This document shows positions 8,707-17,542 of a DNA stretch of 64,000 nucleotides, in pieces. The DNA lies in assembly GCA_030583845.1 (NCBI GenBank), contig CP129478.1, forward strand, positions 587,686-651,685. Reading direction: 5' to 3'. Made by a program: the position numbers and the translations under genes. The notes beneath the pieces were generated by a model, which had not been told where the DNA came from, ran no database searches, and was given only the letters and a program-made list of their open reading frames with translations. This stretch comes from Candidatus Dojkabacteria bacterium. GTDB taxonomy: Bacteria; Patescibacteriota; Dojkabacteria; SC72; JAHDCA01. Numbering within the stretch: the first letter of the stretch is position 1; every line of letters starts with the position of its first letter.

Positions 8707-11700
8707 ATGGTTACCCAAAGTGCAGAAAGCACGGTGGTGTCCGAATATACTCGTGAAGCCAACATGCTGAGAGATGCAGGATATCAAAGTGAGGCGGAGC
8801 TAGAACGAGCATTTATCCAGCAGCTACAATCACAAGCATATGAGTATATCTCAATTAGGACTGAGGCAGATCTGCTTGCCAACCTGCGGCACCAACTCGA
8901 AAAGCTGAACGAATATACTTTCACAGATGCTGAGTGGGATAGATTTTTCACAAGCGCTCTCGCCAACCCTAATCAGAGCATTGTAGAGAAAACAGTCACA
9001 ATCCAGGAAGATTACATTAAGAATCTTACTCGTGATGATGGCTCGACCAAGAACATCTACCTACTCAAAAAAGATACTATCCACGATAACAATCTCCAGG
9101 TCATCAATCAGTATGCAACTGATGATGGCCTCCGTTCTAACCGTTACGACGTCACGATTCTGGTCAATGGTCTCCCACTGGTTCATATCGAGCTTAAACG
9201 TCGCGGAGTTCCAATACAGGAGGCTTTTAATCAGATCAATCGCTATGATCGTGAAAGCTTCTGGGCCGCCTCTGGCCTTTTTGAATATGTACAGATATTT
9301 GTAATATCAAATGGCACCCATACCAAGTATTACAGCAACACAACCCGTGCTACTCATATCAAGGAAAATGGTGAAGGATCAGTTAAGCGAGGTAAACGGA
9401 CCAGTAATAGCTTTGAATTTACCAGCTGGTGGGCAGATGCAACAAATAGGCCGATTACTGATCTAGAGGATTTTGCGAAAACATTTTTTGCCAAACATAC
9501 GATTCTCAATATCCTCACCCGATACTGTATCTTTACCACCGATCGCCTTCTTCTCGTTATGCGCCCTTACCAGATTGTGGCTACTGAGAGAATCATAAAC
9601 CGTGTCGAAGTAAGTACTAACTATAAGAAGACCGGCGGTGTGGAGGCCGGCGGCTATATCTGGCATACAACCGGATCTGGTAAGACATTAACCAGTTTCA
9701 AAACTGCTCAATTGGTAAGCAAAATGGCTGATGTAGATAAGGTTGTTTTTGTAGTAGATCGTAAAGATCTGGATATCCAGACAATGCAGGAGTATGACAA
9801 GTTTGAAAAGGGCGCTGTGAATAGTAATACCAGTACGGCTATTCTCACCAGACAGCTTAGCGATCCGAACGCTCGAATAATCGTCACAACAATTCAGAAG
9901 CTTGATCGCTTTATTAGCCGAAACGAAGGGCACACCATTTTTAATGGGCATGTAGTGCTGATCTTTGATGAATGCCATCGCTCTCAATTTGGCGAGATGC
10001 ATGCTGCTATTACAAAAGCATTTAACAATTATCACATCTTCGGTTTTACAGGGACACCGATTTTTGCGATTAATGCATCTTCAGGCGGACGTCCAGATCT
10101 TAGGACCACAGAGCAGGCTTTTGGGGAGAAGCTTCACACATATACTATTGTTGACGCTATTGCTGACAAAAATGTCCTGCCATTCAAAGTTGACTATATA
10201 TCAACTATCAAGGAGGCAGAAGACATTGAAGATAAGAAAGTCAGCGATATTGATCGAGAAGCAGTACTTTCAGCTCCAGAGCGTATTGCAAATATTGTCA
10301 CTTATATTCGCGAGCACTTTGACCAGAAAACTAAAAGAAATAGCAGTTATAAGGTCAAAGATCGCAGATTGGCCGGCTTTAATTCGATCTTCGCAGTTTC
10401 TTCCATAGATGTGGCTAAGAAGTATTATGCTGAATTTAAAAAGCAGCTCGCTGACCTACCTAGCGACAAACAGCTAAAAATTGCAACCATCTACAGCTTC
10501 GGAGTGAATGATGAGGATGCTGATGGCATGATTGATGAGAACTCAGAGGATACAGCAGGACTCGATGCAAACTCTCGAGATTTCCTGGATAACGCAATTG
10601 TCGACTACAATCGAATGTTCGGCACCTCCTTTGATACCTCGTCTGACAAATTCCAGAACTACTACAAGGATGTGAGCAAACGAGTCAAAGATCGTGAAAT
10701 CGATCTATTGATCGTAGTCAATATGTTCCTTACCGGCTTTGATGCCACCACACTTAATACTCTTTGGGTAGATAAAAATCTGCGTTTACACGGATTATTA
10801 CAAGCCTACTCTCGCACGAACCGCATCTTAAATAGCGTTAAAACATTTGGGAATATAGTCTGTTTCCGCAACCTTGAAAAAGCCACCAATGAGTCGATAG
10901 CCCTGTTTGGTGACAAGGAAGCTAGTGGTATTGTTCTGTTGAAGGCCTATGGCGACTACTATCACGGATATAGAGATGATGAGAAAGAGGTTCGAGGCTA
11001 CGAGAGCTTAGTTAAGGAGCTCTTAGAACGATTCCCAGTCGGAGAGCGAATTTTGGGTGAGCAGAATCAAATGGATTTTGTAAAGCTGTACGGTGCAATT
11101 TTACGTGTACGCAATATCCTGACAACATTCGACGAGTTTTCAGGCAATGAGATTCTGTCCGAACGAGATATCCAGGATTATCATAGCGCCTACATCGATA
11201 TCTATAATGAGTTCCGTAAAGGTGTGGAAGTCGAAAAGGAGAATGTAAACGAAGACCTGCTGTTTGAGATGGAACTTATCAAGCAGGTGGATATTAACAT
11301 CGATTACATCCTAGGTCTGATAAAGATCTATCATGAGGGTCATACTGAAAACAAGGAGCTGCTTCTTGATATCAATAAAGCAATAGATTCAAGTGTTGAA
11401 CTACGCAACAAGAAAGACCTGATCAACCAGTTTATCTCATCGCTCGATATACACTCTGTGGTTGATGATGATTGGAAGGAATTTGTTGAAGGTAAGAAGG
11501 CTGAAGAACTCGAAACCATAATCAAGGTCGAGGGCTTGGATCGCGATGCCACTTATGCTTTTATCAAGAATGCATTTCGCGATGGGTCTGTGACAACAAC
11601 AGGTACCTCAATTACAAGGATTCTACCTCCGGTTTCTCGATTCTCACCAACTGGTGAGCGTACCAAGAAACGGGAGAGTGTAATTGAAAAACTCACAGAA

Positions 11701-11736
11701 TTCTTTGATAAGTTCTTCACGATTTCGAGTGAGTAA
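8707..11736 (+). CDS. hsdR: Type I restriction enzyme R subunit (helicase-nuclease).
   Basis: RPYQIVATERI, Walker A TGSGKTLTSF and DEAH-like FDECHRSQFG motifs. The start was moved to the ATG at 8707 to avoid a 53-nt overlap with the upstream gene. Confidence 0.9.
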   Translation: MVTQSAESTVVSEYTREANMLRDAGYQSEAELERAFIQQLQSQAYEYISIRTEADLLANLRHQLEKLNEYTFTDAEWDRFFTSALANPNQSIVEKTVTIQEDYIKNLTRDDGSTKNIYLLKKDTIHDNNLQVINQYATDDGLRSNRYDVTILVNGLPLVHIELKRRGVPIQEAFNQINRYDRESFWAASGLFEYVQIFVISNGTHTKYYSNTTRATHIKENGEGSVKRGKRTSNSFEFTSWWADATNRPITDLEDFAKTFFAKHTILNILTRYCIFTTDRLLLVMRPYQIVATERIINRVEVSTNYKKTGGVEAGGYIWHTTGSGKTLTSFKTAQLVSKMADVDKVVFVVDRKDLDIQTMQEYDKFEKGAVNSNTSTAILTRQLSDPNARIIVTTIQKLDRFISRNEGHTIFNGHVVLIFDECHRSQFGEMHAAITKAFNNYHIFGFTGTPIFAINASSGGRPDLRTTEQAFGEKLHTYTIVDAIADKNVLPFKVDYISTIKEAEDIEDKKVSDIDREAVLSAPERIANIVTYIREHFDQKTKRNSSYKVKDRRLAGFNSIFAVSSIDVAKKYYAEFKKQLADLPSDKQLKIATIYSFGVNDEDADGMIDENSEDTAGLDANSRDFLDNAIVDYNRMFGTSFDTSSDKFQNYYKDVSKRVKDREIDLLIVVNMFLTGFDATTLNTLWVDKNLRLHGLLQAYSRTNRILNSVKTFGNIVCFRNLEKATNESIALFGDKEASGIVLLKAYGDYYHGYRDDEKEVRGYESLVKELLERFPVGERILGEQNQMDFVKLYGAILRVRNILTTFDEFSGNEILSERDIQDYHSAYIDIYNEFRKGVEVEKENVNEDLLFEMELIKQVDINIDYILGLIKIYHEGHTENKELLLDINKAIDSSVELRNKKDLINQFISSLDIHSVVDDDWKEFVEGKKAEELETIIKVEGLDRDATYAFIKNAFRDGSVTTTGTSITRILPPVSRFSPTGERTKKRESVIEKLTEFFDKFFTISSE

Positions 11737-11903
11737 AGGTTCAACTGAATCTATAGATTTGGACGTAGTAGCTAGATCGATGAATTGCAACCCTCTCTCT
11801 TAGGCGACTGATGAGCTATCCTTCCCACCTCCCCTCATCCCTCATTTTAGTCTATAATAGACTATCCACTGTCCCATATACATTACCTATAAACCATCAA
11901 ACA

Positions 11904-13064
11904 ATGAGCGGTGAAGAATTCATTTCACAAATAAAGAAAGCCAAGAAAATTGCCCTTTGCGTGGACGAATTAACCGAAATGGACCATGTATATTTCGTCG
12001 TCGCGCTTGATAAACTTGCCAAACAGCTCGATACCAAGATTGACCTAATTCATCTTAATGAAATCAGACCTGAATTTAAGAAGAAGCTCGAGGAAAATTC
12101 AGTTTCATTCGCCTCCGACCCGAAGCCTCTAAGCTATGTAATTAGCATCGACTACTCCAAAACAGGAATTGAGAAAATTACATACGACCCAGACGAGAAA
12201 GAAGGAAAGCTGAAGTTTTTCATCATCCCAACCGACGGACAGTTTGATTTTGATAATGTGGAGTACTCGACCGAGGGTAGCAACTACGACCTCACAATGA
12301 CCATGAAGATTACAAGCTTCAAGGACATGGGTCGTGTTTACGAGAAGAATGGCTATATTTTCAAAGATAATAAAGTAATCTCATTTGCACAGGGGATTGA
12401 TTCGCTCGGCGATATGTTTATCGGCGTTGATGAGTCGGGCTACTCGGTCAAATTGTATGAATTAGTCAAAGATACAGCAGATCAGGAAGTGCTCAGCACA
12501 ATTGTCACAGGCGTAATTGAAGAGAGTGCGATAGCCGAAGGCGGAGCCAACTTCAATGTATGGATGCTACTTGGTGATGCTGCCGGTCGAAATATCAATG
12601 TGAATAACCTGATGCAGAAAGCCTACTATCAGAAAGATCCTTCACTTCTCGATGTGTATCGAAAGCAGATGTTTAATGTCGAGAATGATGATGATAACCG
12701 TGTGGTGTGGTCGATATTGGATAGCAACGACCTGGGAGAGCTTACGGTGTCTCAGACTCAGGAACTGCTCAAGGGGCGCCTCATCTTCAATGTCTCGAGC
12801 CAATACGATATTGCTTTCGCAGTGTATGAATTTACCAAGGATCGACTCAGTGTAGTGGTTGAATCAAATGCAACCGAGAAGTACTCAGCCGAGAAGATCG
12901 CCAAGGTGTTTGGTGGCGATGGCACAGCGGCGCATGCGCAATTTGTGGTTGAGGATATGCCTCCAAGTCAATTCAAGGATAGGTTCGCGAAAGTGGTAGA
13001 AGACCTGTACCAGATACGGTTTGGTGCGAAGCGGATTGAGGCAGTGCCTCAGGTACAGGGATAA
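11904..13064 (+). CDS. Hypothetical protein, possibly a degenerate DHH/DHHA1 (NrnA-like) protein.
   Basis: Long ORF with coding-like composition. The C-terminal FGGDGTAAHA resembles a DHHA1 GGGH motif, but no DHH motif is present. The ATG at 11904 is preferred over 11811. Confidence 0.45.
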   Translation: MSGEEFISQIKKAKKIALCVDELTEMDHVYFVVALDKLAKQLDTKIDLIHLNEIRPEFKKKLEENSVSFASDPKPLSYVISIDYSKTGIEKITYDPDEKEGKLKFFIIPTDGQFDFDNVEYSTEGSNYDLTMTMKITSFKDMGRVYEKNGYIFKDNKVISFAQGIDSLGDMFIGVDESGYSVKLYELVKDTADQEVLSTIVTGVIEESAIAEGGANFNVWMLLGDAAGRNINVNNLMQKAYYQKDPSLLDVYRKQMFNVENDDDNRVVWSILDSNDLGELTVSQTQELLKGRLIFNVSSQYDIAFAVYEFTKDRLSVVVESNATEKYSAEKIAKVFGGDGTAAHAQFVVEDMPPSQFKDRFAKVVEDLYQIRFGAKRIEAVPQVQG

Positions 13065-13134
13065 TCGCGGGTGTCGGCGAGCAGCTATCTGTTGGCAGCG
13101 AGAGCCGATGGACCCCCGGAGTAGCCTATAATTA

Positions 13135-13163
13135 TTGACAAAAGCTGATTTCTAGGGTATATT
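13135..13163 (+). promoter_or_regulatory. Candidate sigma70-like promoter for rpsO (TTGACA, 17-nt spacer, TATATT).
   Basis: Consensus -35 box at 13135-13140 and TATATT at 13158-13163, about 85 nt upstream of the rpsO ATG. Confidence 0.35.
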
Positions 13164-13250
13164 TTCTACGTTAATCTGTCCAATGATGAAATCTCATCTA
13201 AAGCACTGCTATTGTGCTATGTGCGAAATTTATGTTAGATTATAAGGAAT

Positions 13251-13514
13251 ATGTCACTTACCAGAGACGAGAAAAACCAGATTATTGCTAAGTATGCCCT
13301 CCACGAGGGTGACTCTGGTTCACCTGAAGTTCAGATTGCGCTCCTGAGCGAGAAGATCAACAAATTGAGCGAGCACCTAAAAGATCACAAGAAAGATAAC
13401 CATTCACGACGAGGATTGCTTCAGATGGTAGGTAAGCGCAGAAGGCTTATTGAGTATCTTAAGACATCCGATCCTGAGAGATATACAAAAATTGCGAAGG
13501 AACTAAAGCTCTAA
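13251..13514 (+). CDS. rpsO: 30S ribosomal protein S15.
   Basis: [36 protein letters not shown]...HSRRGLL is a canonical S15 sequence. Confidence 0.95.
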   Translation: MSLTRDEKNQIIAKYALHEGDSGSPEVQIALLSEKINKLSEHLKDHKKDNHSRRGLLQMVGKRRRLIEYLKTSDPERYTKIAKELKL

Positions 13515-13560
13515 CAAGGGCTTTTTTACACTTCCCTTTATAACTTCCACCAAAGATGCA

Positions 13561-13721
13561 CCCGCCAACCTATAATGCGTGGCATTTCACGGCTCATCAA
13601 GTAAAATTAATGAGCAAGTATAATGCGGGATTTATTAAACGATGAGCCTTTGTGAGCTACACTCTGGTTGCTCGGTTAATGAAAAGTGCGTGATCTACGC
13701 GTTATAGGTTAGCGGGGGCGG
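13561..13721 (+). promoter_or_regulatory. Long imperfect inverted repeat (family B palindromic element) forming a structured rpsO-pnp intergenic leader.
   Basis: The left arm CCCGCCAACCTATAATGCGT (13561-13580) pairs with the right arm ACGCGTTATAGGTTAGCGGGGGCGG (13697-13721). An inner hairpin GGCTCATC (13591-13598) pairs with GATGAGCC (13641-13648). TATAATGCG occurs twice, at 13571-13579 and 13619-13627. Confidence 0.5.
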
Positions 13722-13752
13722 TAAAGATTAATTTATTCAAAATATTATTTAA

Positions 13753-16032
13753 ATGTTTGACGAGAAGAAATACGAATTTCAGATTGAGGGTGTAAACTGC
13801 TCATTCTCGACAGGGCTGCTAGCACGAAAGTCGCAGTCCGCAGTATTTGCCAAGATGGGCGATACTTCAATTTTAGCAACTGTAAACGTTGGCGAGGCCA
13901 AGACAGATGCAGACTTTTTCCCAATGAGCGTTGAGTACATGGAGAAAATGTACGCAGCAGGCAAGATTTCTGGCTCACGATTTGTGAAGCGAGAGAGATT
14001 CCCTACAGATGACGCGATCCTGAAGGCAAGAATGATCGACCGCACGGTTCGATCACGATTTCCTAAGGGTTATCGAAACGAAGTAAGCATCATTGTAAAG
14101 GTGCTTTCTTACGATCCTATGTACGATCCACTTATCTTGGGCATCAACGCCGTATCTGCAGCACTCTTGATCTCACCAGCTCCTATTGATGAGCCAGTTT
14201 CGGGAGTACGCGTTGGATATGTTGATGGTCAATTTACAGCATTTAACAGCAATACCGACCGAGATGACCTCGGAACCTCAACATTAAACCTCGTAGTAGG
14301 TGGTGATGGTGAGACATTCACCAACATCGACTCAAATGCATATGAGCTACCTGAAGATACAATGATCGATGCAATGAAGCACGGTTTGGAGCTGATGAAG
14401 CCATGGATTGAGGCACAGAACAAGTTCGTAGAGATGGTTGGTGAAGTTAAGAAGGCTGAATATGAGTCATTTGACTTGCCAGAAGCACTCGTAGAGAAAG
14501 CTATGGCAGTATATGGCAAAGAGATCGATGCTCTACTTGCCGATCGTGCATATGATAAGGGCGGTCCAAAAGAGCTTATGGAGAGGATGTTTGAAGAGTT
14601 CTCTGGCGAGTACTCGAAGCGACAGGTCACAGAGACCTACTTCGAGCTTGCTAAGAAGCTTACTCGAAAGGTTGTCTTGGAAACAGGCAAGCGAGTAGAT
14701 GGTCGAGCATTGGACGAGATCCGACCACTCGATACACAGGTAGGACTCTTGCCACGAACTCATGGTACAGGATTGTTCTCAAGAGGTATGACACAGGTGC
14801 TAACAGTTGCAACTCTTGGTAGCTCACGAAGTCAGATGATCGTTGACGACATGACTGGTGAGGACAGCCGCAGATATATGCACTACTATGTTGAAGCACC
14901 TTACGTTTTCGGTGAAGCCGGGCGTGTGAACTATATGCCTGGTCGACGTGAGGTTGGTCATGGTGCATTGGCTGAGAAGGCTCTGTTCCCAGTGCTTCCA
15001 TCGATGGAAGAGTTCCCATACACGATTATCCTCATGAGCGAGATCATGTCTGAAGAGGGCTCGAGCTCAATGGGCTCAACATGTGGATCGACACTTGCCC
15101 TGATGGATGCAGGCGTACCTATCAAGAAGCCTGTCGCAGGTGTCGCAGTCGGCGTTATGTTCGACGAGGAAACTCCAGAAAAATTCGTCACACTGGTAGA
15201 TATCCAGGGTGTAGAAGACTTCTATGGCTACATGGACTTCAAAGTAACAGGTACAGTTGATGGTGTAACTGCGGTGCAGATGGATACCAAGGCTAAGGGT
15301 CTCCCAATCGAGGTATTTGAGAAAGCAATTGCCGACTCAAAAGCAGCACGATTGAAGATTCTTGATCAGATTAACAGCGCAATCTCAGCTCCTAGAGAGC
15401 AGCTTTCTGAATTCGCACCTAAAGTTGAAGTGGTAAAGATCCCTGTAGCCAAGATCGGTGAATTGATCGGCCCAGGTGGCAAGAATATCAAGAAGATCGG
15501 TGAAGATACCGGCGCAGAGATCGACATTGAAGAGGATGGTACAGTAAACATCTTCGCTATGGATGCAGAATCACTGGCCAAGGCTAAAGCAGCTGTTGAG
15601 CCATTTGCATTCGTACCTGAAGTAGGGAAAACCTACATGGGTCTCGTAGAGAAATTGGCAGACTTCGGAGCATTTGTAGAGCTAGTACCAGGAGTAACCG
15701 GGTTGGTACATGTATCCGAGATGTCAGACAAGTATGTACGCGACGCAGGCGACTTCGTAAAAGAGGGCGAGCAGGTCGAAGTGCTTGTACTCGGCGTTGA
15801 AGATAATGGCAAGATCAAGCTTACAATGAAGGGCCTCGAGAGCAACAAAGATCGTGGTCCAGCAGATGATGGCAGTGGCGATAGTGGCAGTGACCGAGAT
15901 GGTCGCGGCGGAGATCGCGGAGGCCGAGGCGGATATGGTGGGTCACGTGGTGGCTCAGATAGACGTGGAGGTCGAGGCCGTGGCGGATATGGCGACCGAG
16001 ATGGTGGCCGTAGGGATTACAATAGGTATTAG
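13753..16032 (+). CDS. pnp: Polyribonucleotide nucleotidyltransferase (PNPase) with an unusual C-terminal RGG/GYG-rich tail.
   Basis: Two RNase PH-like domains, a KH domain (IGPGGKNIKKI) and an S1 domain are present. The last ~70 aa read DRGPADDGSGDSGSDRDGRGGDRGGRGGYGGSRGGSDRRGGRGRGGYGDRDGGRRDYNRY. Confidence 0.92.
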   Translation: MFDEKKYEFQIEGVNCSFSTGLLARKSQSAVFAKMGDTSILATVNVGEAKTDADFFPMSVEYMEKMYAAGKISGSRFVKRERFPTDDAILKARMIDRTVRSRFPKGYRNEVSIIVKVLSYDPMYDPLILGINAVSAALLISPAPIDEPVSGVRVGYVDGQFTAFNSNTDRDDLGTSTLNLVVGGDGETFTNIDSNAYELPEDTMIDAMKHGLELMKPWIEAQNKFVEMVGEVKKAEYESFDLPEALVEKAMAVYGKEIDALLADRAYDKGGPKELMERMFEEFSGEYSKRQVTETYFELAKKLTRKVVLETGKRVDGRALDEIRPLDTQVGLLPRTHGTGLFSRGMTQVLTVATLGSSRSQMIVDDMTGEDSRRYMHYYVEAPYVFGEAGRVNYMPGRREVGHGALAEKALFPVLPSMEEFPYTIILMSEIMSEEGSSSMGSTCGSTLALMDAGVPIKKPVAGVAVGVMFDEETPEKFVTLVDIQGVEDFYGYMDFKVTGTVDGVTAVQMDTKAKGLPIEVFEKAIADSKAARLKILDQINSAISAPREQLSEFAPKVEVVKIPVAKIGELIGPGGKNIKKIGEDTGAEIDIEEDGTVNIFAMDAESLAKAKAAVEPFAFVPEVGKTYMGLVEKLADFGAFVELVPGVTGLVHVSEMSDKYVRDAGDFVKEGEQVEVLVLGVEDNGKIKLTMKGLESNKDRGPADDGSGDSGSDRDGRGGDRGGRGGYGGSRGGSDRRGGRGRGGYGDRDGGRRDYNRY

Positions 16033-16037
16033 GCTGA

Positions 16038-16502
16038 GTGGTTGAGGTACGTGGGGATGGTAAGGGGCCAAGCTTAAGATTCGAAGAGACACCGGTGTAT
16101 AAGTACGCCGGTGTTGTTTTTTGTGATGTGGCACCCTGTGAGCGAGAGCATGGGATTGAAGTGTATGTTGACGTCGCTCGGGTTGGTTATCCGCTAAGGG
16201 AGCAGCTAGTCGATAGCATACTTACTGCCAAAGCATCACCTGGTGATCTGATTGTCGATCCTTTGCACTACCAAACATTATTACCAATGTCAGAATTATC
16301 GTGGTATGAGAAAGTGTGGAGTGGTAAAGGCTGGATTTTTCGAAGCGAACTTTGGGCATTTGGGTCCCCTTATGCTCTGTTTACAGTACGGTTTAAGGAT
16401 GGAGTAAAGCTAGAACTGTTTCAGTCAGCATATCCTGGGCTTTGCCATCAGATTCACTTGGGGTATCTTCGGTCGAATGGGTATAAAGGGGTGTATATGT
16501 AG
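16038..16502 (+). CDS. Hypothetical protein.
   Basis: 154-aa ORF directly downstream of pnp. No recognisable motif was seen, and it is followed by a strong terminator. Confidence 0.3.
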   Translation: MVEVRGDGKGPSLRFEETPVYKYAGVVFCDVAPCEREHGIEVYVDVARVGYPLREQLVDSILTAKASPGDLIVDPLHYQTLLPMSELSWYEKVWSGKGWIFRSELWAFGSPYALFTVRFKDGVKLELFQSAYPGLCHQIHLGYLRSNGYKGVYM

Positions 16503-16590
16503 AGTAGAGGATTCTTTAGCGCTTTATTAATTTGCTACAGTCTATAAGGCTTGAGAAGTAGATATTTAACTGTTAGAATTGCACAACCTA

Positions 16591-16622
16591 CCCCCAGTAC
16601 TGGTGACTGGGGGTTCTTTTTT
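16591..16622 (+). terminator. Rho-independent terminator.
   Basis: CCCCCAGT-actggtg-ACTGGGGG hairpin followed by TTCTTTTTT. Confidence 0.7.
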
Positions 16623-16872
16623 ATATCTGAATAGTCAAACCTTTAGATCTTACAGAGATACGGACTGTCCCTTTTTATACCATTAGTTGTGAAGCATACC
16701 CTTTTCCATTCTCATAAAAGCTATGTGGTAGATATAACGACAGACCTCGACGGGATAGTTGAGGCGGAATAGACTAAGAATATTATAGTTAGCTTCCGGT
16801 CAGGCTTCTGCCTAAACAGGTGGGGTGCAGTCTTATTTTAACTCTCCTGTATTGGTTTACACCCTATAGTAT

Positions 16873-16919
16873 TGACATCCGTTAAATTTGTTGCTAAATT
16901 TATGTTGTCTAGATACAAT
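16873..16919 (+). promoter_or_regulatory. Candidate promoter(s) for hicB. The -10 box lies 6 nt from the ATG, so the transcript is probably leaderless.
   Basis: TTGACA at 16873-16878. TTGCTA followed by a 17-nt spacer and TACAAT at 16914-16919. The ATG is at 16926. Confidence 0.3.
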
Positions 16920-16925
16920 AAATAG

Positions 16926-17267
16926 ATGATGGACATACCGGAAATAATAGATACAATTAAATATGGTGTCCTCAAAATGGAGTTACCCCCACTAAATATC
17001 CCTAACAGTATTAGGCTCGAGTTCAAAACGGATCGTACAACTGGGCTGACATGGGCGACATCACCCGATCTGCCAGCTTTCGTAGTAACTGGATACTCCA
17101 ATGAAGAGATTTTAAAGGAGACATATGAGACTCTTTTAGTGTACTTTGATGTACCTACATATTTCGCTAAAAGAATGAATGATTACGGGGAAATAACTCT
17201 CCAGAATGGCGAAAAAGTCAGAATCACGGATGTAAAAATTCCCGAAAATTTAAACTATGCCAAATGA
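16926..17267 (+). CDS. hicB: HicB-family antitoxin (UPF0150/RNase H-like fold).
   Basis: ATSPDLPAFVVTGYSNEEILKETYETLLVYFD matches the HicB pattern FPDLPGC.T.G.T.EEA..NA.EAL. It overlaps the downstream hicA by 11 nt. Confidence 0.6.
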   Translation: MMDIPEIIDTIKYGVLKMELPPLNIPNSIRLEFKTDRTTGLTWATSPDLPAFVVTGYSNEEILKETYETLLVYFDVPTYFAKRMNDYGEITLQNGEKVRITDVKIPENLNYAK

Positions 17268-17526
17268 TATCAAGCTCCCAAATAGCACTAAGGAGTGTAT
17301 TAGACTACTTGAATCATTAGATTTTACTAGAAAGAGGAATGTCGGGAAAGGAAAACATCAGTACAAGTATGTTCATCCAGTACGTCGGTGTAATTGTGAC
17401 AATGAAAGGCCTTTCATTATAATCCCAACCCATTTTTACAAACAGTTGGGGAAGGATATCTGCAAGAAACTTATATGTTACGGGTATTCATGGGAGGAGA
17501 TACGGGGTGCCTGCCGTTCTAATTAG
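17257..17526 (+). CDS. hicA: HicA-family mRNA interferase toxin.
   Basis: ECIRLLESLDFTRKRNVGKGKHQYKYVHP...IIIPTHF.KQLGKDICKKLI fits the HicA/YcfA pattern (L..L...GF...R..GSHH....HP......P.H). Confidence 0.6.
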   Translation: MPNDIKLPNSTKECIRLLESLDFTRKRNVGKGKHQYKYVHPVRRCNCDNERPFIIIPTHFYKQLGKDICKKLICYGYSWEEIRGACRSN

Positions 17527-17542
17527 CTATTTATAAGTAGGG

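Noticed and set aside
13106-13117. 12-mer CCGGAGTAGCCT shared upstream of the -35 boxes at 465-476 and 13106-13117 (possible UP element).
   Set aside because: In the first copy it is the end of a CDS (..PE-stop). Two occurrences are too few to call a motif.
15854-16045. ORF 15854-16045 (+) and minus-strand ORFs 15366-15848 within pnp.
   Set aside because: They are frames of the GC-rich RGG-repeat region, fully inside the PNPase CDS.
16038-16502. Assigning a function to ORF 16038-16502.
   Set aside because: No motif was recognised. It is kept as a low-confidence hypothetical CDS and may be non-coding leader or trailer of pnp.
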